A model generated the notes under the pieces. That model saw only the letters and a program-made list of their open reading frames with translations. It did not search any database and was not told the origin of the DNA. Shown here piece by piece: positions 51,962-64,000 of a stretch of 64,000 bases of DNA (position 1 is its first letter; each line of letters starts with the position of its first letter). The position numbers and the translations under genes are program-made. Source of the stretch: Raillietiella orientalis (Eukaryota); NCBI GenBank assembly GCA_036172245.1, contig JAYWIR010000039.1, positions 1,798,001 through 1,862,000 of the forward strand. The letters are read 5' to 3'.

Positions 51962-54900
51962 TGAGGTTGCTGCGAGTCCACTACTCTCTGCTGGAAAGAA
52001 AGTGCCAATTTGAACTCCTGCGCTCTCCAGGCCGGCGGAGGCTTGGCTTTGAGGAAGCAGCCTCTCGCTTCCTCGGCTTGGCTGCCGCCGCGTGGCGCTG
52101 CAGAGCAGAATCCATCTCGGTTCGGCCTCTTGTGCGATGGCGCTTTCTGCGCATTGGGGGGGAGGCGCTATCGATTGCGTGTTACGGAAAACAGTGGATC
52201 CCCTTCTTTTGCTGCGACGACCGAGGTCCGGTCAACACCTTTTCCGGCTGGCCTGACATCCAGCCCGTCTACCGGGAACCCTGACCAGAGTGCTTCCCCT
52301 GAAAGCTTGCTTGCGTTGTTCCTCGGTGTCCAGGTTCTTGATTCCGGGACAAGCAAAAGCGACCTTCCGTGGGACTTCTATGGAATATCGACCAAGCGCT
52401 TCTCGAGCGGTAACTCTGGGGGGCCGAACCAGACGGTGGTTCGGACTGCAGGAAATCCAGAAGGGGGTGGGATGGGATACCAAAACTAGGTGCGTCCCGA
52501 GATAAGCCCTCTCCCTTCCTCCCCCCCACTCCTGGGGCACTCTTTGCCGGATGCGACCTCAAAATGCCGGAGCCTAACGGCACCGCCCCTTGAAGCCAGG
52601 TCCGGACAACGGCGGTTGCGGCCTCTTTTTGCGCTCGACACCCCGCCGGAAACACAAGTCGGGACTTTCGACGAAGGAAACTGGTAAACCGTCAGGACTT
52701 TGTTTGCACATCGCAGGCGATTCGCGAACGAAACGAGGAACTTCGCGTGTCAAGGACAAGGAGGAGCGTGACGAAGCATCCAGTGGACCAGTTCTCGACG
52801 AATCTTCGCCAGACATGGCTGTCTCCCGATGATGGGTCTCGCAGTCTGCAGCTACGCTTTTGTCGGAATCCTCAAGGGAGGAGAGGGGGGGAGGGGGGAA
52901 GTAGAGGTTGCATCCCGACGTAGCGGCAGAGCAGCCTTTGACGATTGCCGTCCATAAATGAACGCCAAAGAGAATGCATTGCAATTTTTATTCTTCCAGT
53001 GTGTTCTTCAGACGTTGGTTTGTGAAGATTTTTTCACTGTTTATCCTTTTTTTTAAAAAAAAAAAAACACAAAAAAAAAACAAAAAAGACAAAAAGTGCA
53101 CTGCTTAGTAACGCCCAAACAAACGAACGCTGACGCTTCGTTTGGGTTCCTCTACTAGCTGGAACTCTTCAACGAAGATGCATCTCCAGGAAATGCTGCT
53201 TGTTCCGAAATGGGCGCCACACATTATCTTCACTCGCCTCCTTCTTCTGCGAAACGCTTTTGCTCTCCCTGGAAATACGCAGCAATGAATTCAACATCCG
53301 GGGGTACCTGGACGACAAATTCTGACAGCAGCTCGAAAAAATAAAATGAAGAGATGCTCCGGGTCAAGCGGATGGGTTGGCGTCTGCCTGATGGAGATCG
53401 CCGAAGGGGACAGGAGGAAGACACGGAACAATGAGAGATCGCGAACTGTTCGACCGCGGTGCGAGAAGACGGGAGGGAGACAAGATGGGGAGAAGCTGAG
53501 AGAGCCGACTGCTGGTGGTGACACGCGCGAACGCACACGAACGGCTGGCTGCACGTCTAGACGAGGGCGGTGCGAGCACACTTACGGCGCAGCTTGCTTG
53601 GCTGCAGGGCTAGAGCTCCTCGGGGACTTTTTCATGAACTCCGCTTGCACGAAGACATTCGCCGCCGTCTCTGTGGTTAGCATGTCTTTCCGAATTTCGA
53701 CAATCCAACACCTGGATGGCTGCCTAGAGAATCTCAACGAGCAGGGTCATCACTTGAAACCTTTTCTCAGATTCTTTCCCTCCCCGGAGAAGTCAAGGAA
53801 CGTGGTAGATCTTCGAAAGAACTTTGTATTCCAGAGTGTTTCCAGAAACTCCTTTCCCAAGCCTGTGACCACAGTGGAGACTGATGAGCAATCTGCAAAA
53901 ACAGCACCGTTAACGGGGCCCCGCGAGTCTTCACCGTCTTTTTTTTTTTTTTTCCCCCCCCCCTACGAAACTGAGAGTCGCTTCAGCAGGAACGCAGGCG
54001 GTCTCCGTTCCGTACTCACCTGTTATCTGTGATGTGCTTGCTGTATCTTAAGATAACAGTCTCGCTTTGCAGCATCTACACATGCACCTCAGGGGAAGCA
54101 GAAGCAAATGCAACGACGAGAAACAAAAGAGTGGCAGCACTTGGACCCAGAGATCTCTCGCACCACAGCCTCCCGCTGGTCCAACACGTACTTAACCCCC
54201 GTTTATATACTGGTGGCTGTTTCCTTAGGCCATGCTTTTCCTAGAAGATGATTGGTGAGAGTTTGTTGCTTAGTGCCGCATGCCTGTCAGCCATGTTTTC
54301 ACGTGATTAGCTCGTGACCACTTCTTGTTTTGGTCCCTTGTCCGCATCTTTGACGGTTCGTCCGTTTTCCGCTTCCATTTCCCTATCTCTACGCCCTCAC
54401 GGTGCGGCGCGTAGTTTGGAGATGCGGACGTGGTCTCTTTGGAGCGGGGTTCCCCGTGGTGAGCGCGCTGAATCCTCCACTGCTCGCACTCCCCCTGGGT
54501 TCGAAACCGGGGTCCTGTTGCGAAGAGTCGCGCAACCGACGCCGGGTAGACGGGAGCACGTGCCTGCTCTGACGGTCGCCATTCCTACGGGCTGCGACGG
54601 TGGCGTCCCCTCCTGAGCGCGGGTGGGTGCGCATGGTGGAGAACGTATTTCCTGCGCGCCCGGCACCACTCTTCCCTTCCCTTCCGCCTTCGATCGATCG
54701 CTGCTACCGCGTCCCTCTCGCCTCATCTTTAAGAGCTCGGAAAGGAAGGGAGGGGAGGAGAGTTCACGTAACGCCCACCCGCCTACCCAGGGAGTTCCTG
54801 GCTTTCCCGTTCTTTCAGTCTGCCTGCTGCGCTGGCAGCCTCCGCAGTCGCGCCCTCGTCGCTCGCTCGTGAGGCTCCGGGGAAAGACGTGGGGACTCCA

Positions 54901-57900
54901 GGTTCGAGAAGCGCGCAGACTTCCCTGACCAGCTACGCGCGTGCGTGCCCGGCGCTTTGGAGCGGCGATCGCTGATCGCTCCACAGCGGGCCCCAGGAGG
55001 ACGTCGTCCTGTCTCGGGGAAAGCCGCGGCCGGCGGCGTTTACGAAGGGGAGAACGTGCGCACACTGTAGATCTTCCTCCGCTAGTGAAATTTCGGAGCT
55101 GAGGGGGGGCGGCACATTCCCAGGAGTCACGTGATTGACCTGCTGCCTCTGGGAGGACGCGCCGGATAGAGGCGATGGCGGCGGCGGCGCCGGTGACGCA
55201 ACCGACCGCCGCCAAGATTCAAGGGGGAGATTCCTCCCGTCAAGTGGGAAGGCGAGGGAGAACAGGAATGGGGTGTGCACACGCGCGGAAGGAACTAGAA
55301 ATGGATGTCCCCCCCCCCCCCCAGCGCGCGGCCTCTCCTGTCCACTCCTTATCCACCTGACCGGGACGCTTCAATTGCAGATGACAGGCATTGGCACGGA
55401 TCCGCGGTCGTCGACGACAACGTCTGCGAGAGCCCGGAGGGAGCTGCCCCCTCAGGTGGGTGTCCTCCACGCAGGCGAGTGGTCAGGAGAGCCGAGGTGG
55501 AAGACCGCTGTTGTCTCGGAAGCGAATCCTGCAGGGTGACGCGCTCTCCCTGCTTTTCCTCTCCCTCTTCGCTTCTGACCCCAACCGGAAGCCCTCACCG
55601 ATCGTGCAGAGGTCATCGGAACCCTCTCCGCCCAGAGGGCACTCGCGAACACCTCGAGCGATCTCTCCGACCTCGTGTCCCCGAAGGCCAGGAGAGACGT
55701 CGCCCTTGTCTAGCCCATGCCGCCGTGAGGAGTGCGAGGCGGAAAGCTCTGATCTCTACCCTCGAGGAGGGGGAGGGGGAGGTCAGAAGAGGCACGTGCC
55801 CCTCCTCCCTCGTCTGATAAAGATTTCTTCGCCTGCTGCTTGTCTCCGGGAACCGATGACGAGGGGAAGAACGAGGAAAGAGGAGGAGGGCCAGCTGCCA
55901 TCTCTCTCTTTCCTCCCCCTCCTTCTCCCTCGACGCGAAAGGGCAGTTCCTCCTGCAAGGCGCTTCGGGGTCTTTTTGCCTTGGGCGACTGGGGCGCGGA
56001 CGGGGATGCATCGATGCCACGACAGCCGCCGGGAACGCGTCCAGGACGCGCTGCGTCGGGTGTCAGGCGTGTGGGGGACCTCCTCTTCCTCCTCCCTTCC
56101 TCCTTGGGGTCGTAGGAGCGTCACAGACAGTCAACGAGGGCCAGCCGGGCACAACGGCGTGACCTTGAAACGGTTCGGTGCCGGGGAGCCACTCCCGCTG
56201 CGGCGCTGCTCCTTTCACGTGACATGTGCATCCGCTGGAGCAACCGGACTGGCAGGTGGCCCCACCTTCCTCCCCCACTCCTGACTCGCACGGCCACTGG
56301 CGCTTTTCGTCGATGGCGGCGCTCTTTGAGGCTGCTGTTGCCCGCGCCAGAGGGCTGCTTCCACCGCTGCCGTCGTCATGGCCACCTCTTCCACCGCCTT
56401 CCGAGAGCCGCCTCCCGAGGACCAGCTCCTTCCCGGGCCGCACGCCTGCTGATCCTCCTCCTCCAGAGCCTCTTCCCGGTCGAGGTTGTCCCTTTCCCGA
56501 GGCTGCGTCCCGCTCGCCCCGCCGCCCCCTCAGAAGTCTGCAACCCGGCCAGGGGACGCTCGCCCCGTGGTGACCTTCACCGGCAACGCTTTCCAGGACC
56601 CTCCCTTGCCTTCCAGCTGCATCCCGGTCTCCCCCACAGGAGAAGACAGAAGACGGCCTGAGGGCAGACTTCGCGGAGAGCACAGGATCTCACCGGGAGG
56701 GAGCAGGGCCAGACTGCATGCCCCACGAGGAGGACTACTGTCCGAGACCGGTGTCCCCCGTCGCTACGAGCGAGCATGCGCGTGGACGTCTCGTTGACTG
56801 CCCGTCACCATCAGCCGCTGGCTACCTTCTCTCTTGGCACGAAACTTTCCACCCACCCCCACCCCCCTCACGCACGCTGGAGAAGACGCGCCACTGACTC
56901 AGTCGATCCTCCTCCCCTTCCTCTCTCGCTCGTCCGACGGGGGGAAGGGGGGGGGGGGGCAAGCCAAGCGGCGGGCTCCGCCTTTGGCTGGACATGAGAG
57001 GAGGGGGGAGGGGAACACCGGAGGAGGAGCTCGCAGAAGCCGCGCGCGCGTTCTTCGGAGCATCCACGGCGCACATGATCCGGAAGAACGAGAAGCGATC
57101 TGCGCCGAAGACGGTGGTGGTCGACGGCGAGAACCGGAAAAAGCTCTCCACGTTTTTGCACTCATCCTTCGGGGTTTTCGGAGACGCTACCAGCCTCCCG
57201 AGGACCCGAGGGCTTTTCTCTCGCCTGCGTGAACCGGTCGGGGAGCGAGCCGGAGGCTCAAAGGTGGAGGAGGCGTTCCTCGTTACTCCCCCGTCGGCGT
57301 GCCACCTGGTCGCTCCTCCGGTTGGTCCCACAGTGCCCTCCGCCGCATCGCGGCAAGCAGCTTATAAAGCCACGCTCCAGATTCTGTTCTCGCCACGCCT
57401 CTACGCGGGATGGATAGGCAGCCAGAATTTAGAAAGTTGTCCCCTTCGCACATGACGTGGTGGTGGTGGTGGTGGTGGTCCGGACGTTGATACATTTCGA
57501 ATGACGATGGATTGCAGCGGTTTCGCAGATAGCCGTTAATAATAATGGAGATCTGGTCAATCTTTTTTGTTAAAACGCGGATGAAAAACCCTTCAATCTT
57601 TGCCCCCGGCTTGTGCCGGCAATCCACAGGAATCGCTTCGCAAGAACGAGCAACCCTCGTGCCAGCACCGTTCGCGGCTTCCATTTCACGGGATCAATCT
57701 GTTGTGCATATTTTGTGGCATAAAAAGATGAAACGCTTTGGAATGATTGCTGAAGGCTAGGTACCAGTAAAAAGAACACGCTAAAGTATTTATTTGTTCG
57801 TGTGCTTTTCGAAACGCTCAATAGATGGCAAGCAAGATGGCATTTCTAGAGGAACAAGCCGTGAGGGCACTCAAAAACTATCAACTGATGAGAATTCCTT

Positions 57901-60900
57901 TTCTGTTGCCGGTAGCTGCGATAACGTTGCCCACTGGATGTATCCACGGTAACATTGCAAGATTCATTCACCTAAGGACAAGAAAACAAACGAAGAAGCA
58001 CAATGGCATCAACTATAAATTCTTGAGTTTCGATATAGGGAACGAAGTGATCGGTTGCACGAAAGGCATCGTTAAAAATGGATCCTTTCAAGCACCTGGA
58101 TTGCCTCACTGACCCCTGTCCCGTGCAGTATTTATAATGAATTCTCTGGACACTATTACTTGCAGTTGTTTACCCAAGTGATCCATCTCGTCTCAGGAAC
58201 GCTCAACCTTGTGTGTGTATGTGTGTGTTTGTAAATTCGCGACTCTACAAATGGCTTGTCTACAGTCACGTGTGCCGCTGCTTCGCTTCTGTGTATTCAC
58301 AACACACTCTTCGGCATTTCCAAACACAAGTAACTATGCTGCCGCTGCCCTTTACATGGACACTCCGGTCCCCACGGTAATACGACTTTGTCTCACGACA
58401 GAGAATCCATACAGATGTACAAACCATTCAGTTGGTACATTTGTATGCGCCCCGAGGTCTCCGGATACGAGCAGCATCGCGATGCTGCTACTGCTATCTA
58501 CCTTACCTTACCCAAGCGTGGGCATAAATGATAGGTTGCGGATTTGGCGAGCATGGTTGAAACCGTGGAGGATGGTCCATAGCTATCGCTATCTTTTTTC
58601 ATTATCTCATTGATGTTCCGAAAAAAAAGCAAAAAGAGAGGCGGTAATAATATCTGGAAAGCACACTTGGAAACGTTTCCACTAAGGGGCATTTCTCTCT
58701 CTCTCTTTTTTTTTTTTTAAAAAACAACAACAACAACATAGGCGTGTTCTTCCATGTTGGTGGGGATGACGGCTTCTCGGCCTTTTGGCTAAGATCAAAG
58801 TGGTGGGAATGACGGCAGATGCCACCTGCTTGCTTTCGGAAATCGAGGTCCATCGCTTTCCTGCGGAAGAAGTCCCAGGAATACGAAACGCGCGCATTCC
58901 ATGTTTTCTACGAGCGGAGCAACGGATCCTCCAGCACTCCTGGCGTCCGTTCCGCACACGGAGCGTGCGAGCGAAGGACCTCACGAGATTCTTCCTCTTC
59001 GTCCGAAACCCGTGCTGAGAATCCGAACCTTTCTCGAGATGCAGATGAGGCTCTTCCTCCACCTGCATTCACGAAAGCCTCCATATACAGTTATCAGATC
59101 CATTCGTCAGCTGTACTGAATTTCGACTTGCTTTTTACTGTACGTTGCGAACGCAACTTCATTTTTTTTTGTGCTGTTTTTTGAAAAACGACACACACAG
59201 TTCTTTCGAAATAAACAACTTGAACCTTGATAGGCGAGGTGGTTTGTCCTTTTTTCCTTCTTTTTCTCTACGCTTCAGTAAAAAAAAGCGGCGTCAGCTG
59301 GCGATTCGTCTGCTCGCCGTATTGAATTTTCGAATTCTTGGAGCGGCTCTCCTCCCTCCTGCGAAGCGGCCGTGTGGATGCCGTTCTCGAAAGGTGAGCT
59401 ACCACCGGGCCTCCGCGGGTGAAACGCTTCTGCATCCGATCAGGCAACATCATCTCTCGTGAATCCAGATTGTTTCTAGCTGGTGCAAAGTCATTCTATT
59501 TTCGGCACCTTAAATGCTACGGCAGTTCATCATTCTGGATGCCGGAGAGAGAGAGAGAGAGAGAAAAAAAAAAACATCTAAATGTGCATTATATGTTATT
59601 TCAACCAACAAAAAATCCCCTCAACTTTTGGGCCCACGTTGCATGGTAACAGGCTCCATGATTCATAAAACGGCGAAGAGCACATTAACCTTCAAAGAGT
59701 AATAACGTACAAAAATATATCTCATGATGCTTAAGATCAATAGAAGATCACTGCATGCGTCTCATTCATCACGAGTAAATAAGCAATTGAGAGCTCCTGA
59801 ATGTCAAGTGGATTCCTGTAACTCCCCTCTAACTTTTAGAGGGGAGACGGGAAGCGGGAAGATGACGCGAATCGCGCGGGCACATCAACCGTCGTGCTCC
59901 CTGTTGCTCCCCAAACCCCGTTTCCTCGTCTTCCTCGTGGAAAAATGAGCGAAGAAGGCGAAGAAGAAAAAAAAAACATGCTGGGAGGTGAAGTGGTTTG
60001 GAATGGAAGGCGCCCATTGCTTTCTGTGAAGAATCGTAGAGAGGGAGGGAAAGGTGGGCGGGAACACCATTCTCTTGACTCAAGGATTTGGGGACGTTTC
60101 CCGGAAGGTACTTCTGCAGGAGGGGGCAGGGGAGAGTAAAGGGGTAGCAGGACGCAGGCATGCCCCGTCCGCCGTCCGCCTGGGATGAATCCCACAGGAG
60201 GACGGCAGCGGAGATCGGGCAATCTGAGGAGAGCGCGTGCGATCGCGCTGCCACCTATTCACGCATTGCGGCAGAACCCCGAGGGACCTCTGGGAAGTGC
60301 ACCTCATGGAACTTGCTGCTCCATCCGGGAACGTCCGGTCAGAACGTCGGTGCCGGAAAAAGCGGGGAAAGCCTAGAGGGTGAAAGGGAGAGAAGAGGAA
60401 GAAGAAACGCGACGCATCTCAGAAGTCCCGAGATTCGCGGCTTCCCGCTCGGGGATGTCCTGGATGACCCCGCAGCAAGGTTCCCTCCCTTGTTCCCTCG
60501 CGCACTGCCCGAAGAAGACGGCTCGCTCCTCGGGAACAAAGCAGAGCTCTTCCTCCTTCTCCAGAGAAGAGGATGAGATTGGGTGGATCCCTTTGAGCGG
60601 GTTCCATGAAAGCAATCCTTCTTGGTCTAACCCTCTCCTCTCGGACGAGAAGATGTAAGGAAGGAAGATGGAACCCCCTGATTCCCTCCTGACCATCTCT
60701 TTTTTCCCTCTTGACGAGCGACTGATTCCTTTGGAAGTCTGCTTCCTCAGGGAAAAGCCGAGTCCACATAGGACCGGGAGCAATCTCCCGTCGCTATGAG
60801 AAGACAAGAGATACCCACGCGCTCCCTCGGGAGCTCCACAAATTCTCCTCCTTCTCCTGTGCACAGCCGGCGCAGCAGGAGCTCCTCTTCTTAAGGAAAA

Positions 60901-63900
60901 AGCCGTCGTACATCTGCTCTTCTCCTCAGGATGCTTCTCACGGATGTGTGGGCTTCGCCAATAAAGCGGGGATGGCCGTTCTGCCTTCGAATCCTCTGGG
61001 AGAAAACGAACGGGGAATTCCACAGGGAGTTCCTCTTCTTCAGGAAGAGGATTCCTTGTGCTCTGGACGAAGCAGGAGTGTCCAAGGTTCTGCACGGGAT
61101 GTTTTGTCGCCGAGTGCTTTCTTCTCCTTTTGCTCTTCTCCACCTTTCCCACCTACTGCTGCTGGTGGGAGAGTGGGAGGATGCCGTTCTCACTTGATCT
61201 GCGAAGGAAAGACAGCTCCAGCTCCTTTTCCATCCGGACTGAGCTTTCCAGAAAGAGAAACCGGGAGTTTCCTTCAGAATATTCCTCCAGAGGGGGAAGG
61301 GGACAAGTTTCAGCAGCGGCTTGGAGGCAAACTCTTGTGGCACGTCGGCATCCCCGCCAGCGGCGAAGAGGCTTCCACCCTACAGGTGGAGCCTCTTCGC
61401 TGCCATACGTGACGGAGACGAAGCTGAGGGCAGGAAGAGGAGGACTTTGACCGATTCGGAAGATCCACTGATGAATTGTGAAGGAGCTCGTTCTCCGCCA
61501 TCAATCTTTCCCAGGATCTCGGTTGCCATGTCAAGCTTTCCCATCCTCTCCAAGAAGAGGCTGGAACAAAATGCCCCGTTTTCCCCGGAAGAGTTCCAGT
61601 GTCCTTCCCTCTCCGCCTTCCCCCCCCCCCCCCATGCAATCGGTTCAGCTTCCTCAATCACAGGAGTCTTCTCTTTGTGAGATAGGAAGAATCCCGGAGA
61701 ACGCCAAACAGCACGGTCACACGCGTGGTACATGGGGGGAAAGATATTCTTCCTCCATCCTCGAAGATGCATGCTTTTCTCTCACTTGCTTTAGGAAAAG
61801 AGGAGAATCTAGGAGGAGTTGCTTGTTCCCATGGAAGAGCATCATCATCATCCTTTCCAGGTTCCCTTCTCCCATCCGTCCGCCTCGGGAGGAGCAGGAT
61901 GCGCGTGTGCTGCAAGAGACATCTGGCAGCCGCTGCCGAAGGTTGTCGGCTGAGCTCGGAACCATCAAGGGCGAAATCTGAAGATGCACGCGCTCCCGGT
62001 GACCGTTCTTCCGGTCATCGCATGCCATCGATCTCAAAGGTCACTCTGGAGGCGTGCTCGCGCACCTTGCTCACGCTTTCCCTCCTCAGATGCTGGAGTC
62101 TCTGCCCGCTCCCCTCCCCGTCTTCCAGTATCCAGGTCCTTCGAGCGCTCGGATTCGAGGCGAGTGAGATTCCTCTTTTCAACAGTGAACCCGAGACCTT
62201 TGCTGCGCAAAGATCCATCGATTCGGCCGCAGCAAAAGAGAGCTGACCCTTTCTCCTCCGCTGGTTCAGGTGACGGAAATGCCCACTGAAGCGAAGAGCC
62301 GCGAAAGTTTCCGAGGTGCACCTCGTTGTTCGTGCATAGGTGGGTGATGACGATGCAGACGTGAGACGAACGTGTTCATCGACGCCTCGCGCAAGGAAAG
62401 CGTCCACTATTGTATGGCGGGCGGGCGGGGGGGGGGGAGGTTAGGAGAGGGAGGGACAGAGAAATGCACAGCCGGCGGCACATGCATCGATGAAGGATGT
62501 GATTGTGGTCTCTCAAGTGAAAGTGCTGCACGAACCGTGGATTCATCTGCATCATGCGTGCGATTCACCGGAGGAGGGAAACTGCAGATTAAAGTAGGCA
62601 ACGGAAAAACTGTAGGCTAAAGTAGCAGAGCGTCGTCAAAGGCTTTCGCCAAGTCGTGTGACCTCTCCGTTTCCATTTCAAAGCGTTCCGAAGTGATCGA
62701 ATGAGCGAGCACGTGATGACACGCATTGCGCCGGGCGCTGCTGGATGCGATGAAAAGTTTTTTTTTTTTCAGTCGGATTCACAAGTGTCGGACGGGAATA
62801 AATAATACCCGCAAGAGGGCAGTCGGTCACGTGAGCCGTGCCTCTGTTTGCCTCTTCTCCCTCCCTTCCTCTAGCAATGGATGCATTATGAATAAGGTCC
62901 TCTAGGGTCTTATGCATTTTTTATATTCTCTTTGCCAACATGGTTCCCAGTAACCAAGAAAATGAGTAAAGTATCCTGCGGGATGATGGAAATCCATTTG
63001 GGTTCTTCTCTGTCTTCTCTGTTTTTTTCCTTTCCATTTTTTTTTGTTTTTTCGGGTTTTTTATTTTTTTTGGGTTCGCTAAGTACCTCAAGAGCCGCAT
63101 GCCTCACGGCGCGCACTTGGCTCTTTAGCACCACGCCACCCGCGGAGGGTGCGTGCAATTCTTCAAGATAGGGGGCACCCCGGAGGAGGGTCCGCCCTAT
63201 GAATCCAGGAAGGGCTCGGAGTCCGTTCCTCTCACGCTAGGGGAGGGATCCACCCGGGAGGGAGTGGGATCGCACCTCCCGCCCTGGTTGTCTCCGAAAG
63301 GAAACTCCGAAGGGAATCCCTTCATTCTGTCCGGAGGGACACCCCATGGAAGGAAGGGGGGGGGTCCTTTCCATTTCATCTTCTCCGAAGAGAACCCGGA
63401 AAGGATCCGCTAGTAGGAATTTCTTCTCCGGAGGGAACCGCTCCTGTTCACTCCTCTGAAGAGAACCTCGAAGGGATGCTACAGATTCTCTACAGAAGCC
63501 CTCTCTCTTGGGGATGCTGTTTGGATTTCAAGATATGCCTCTTGATGATTCTTTTGTAAATTTCAGGTGCACTTTTTCTGCCCAGCTCCCTCCCTTTCTC
63601 AACCCATCTGCTTCGAATTCTCAGGATCAAATTGTAAAGCAGGTTGCCATAAATGGGCATCCTCCTTTTTTGCGTGTGATCTCTCGGAAATACGGGTCTT
63701 TCTGCGCTCCTAAGGAAGAATGCAGCAGCATTTCTCATGAAAATGACGTGATCACCATTAGACAAGATGTTTCTGATTAGAGGAAGAAACGGGTTAGAGA
63801 AAGTGGCATCACGTTGGCGTTATGTTTCGTCTCAATTGAGCACGTACTTGTAAAATAAGAGGAGTAGGAAGAAGAAAAGGGTCATCTGAGAGAAATCCAG

Positions 63901-64000
63901 CAGCAGCAGCAGCTCCCATAAGTAGGATGGCCAGAGGAACACAGCATTTTCCTCGGTTTGTAATCGGCAGAGTAAACGTCCACAAATAGGCACAGAGTCG

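Noticed and set aside
54448..54513. tRNA-like B-box GGTTCGAAACC
   Set aside because: No convincing A-box, D-arm or acceptor stem.
47595..62620. Long ORFs such as 54397-55215, 55391-56284 and 48583-49338
   Set aside because: Same GC-driven stop depletion; no reverse transcriptase, integrase, transposase or other domain recognised.

Overview
Eukaryotic (animal, probably arthropod-like invertebrate) genomic DNA, not prokaryotic. I found no CRISPR array, operon, rRNA or intact transposase. Six conserved genes can be reconstructed by hand: SUCLG1 (+), PDCD4 (-), cytosolic GOT1 (+), CHMP3/VPS24 (+), CREBRF/REPTOR (+) and ADO (-). Five are split by very short introns (18 of 22 are 39-60 nt; one is GC-AG). 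The window alternates between AT-rich, CpG-poor DNA holding most of the genes and two long GC/CpG-rich blocks (about 15.6-23.1 kb and 47.5-63.5 kb) whose many overlapping ORFs look like compositional noise. I found no convincing new multi-gene system. The best leads are: an ATF4-like uORF layout plus CRE/E-box cluster on CREBRF; SUCLG1 and PDCD4 stop codons only 7 bp apart; three stopless 3n mini-introns inside functional motifs; an ADO with an atypical C-terminus; a dispersed repeat with a template-switch inversion next to a tRNA-like sequence; and an F-box-like pseudogene. Gene identities come from recognised motifs, not database searches.
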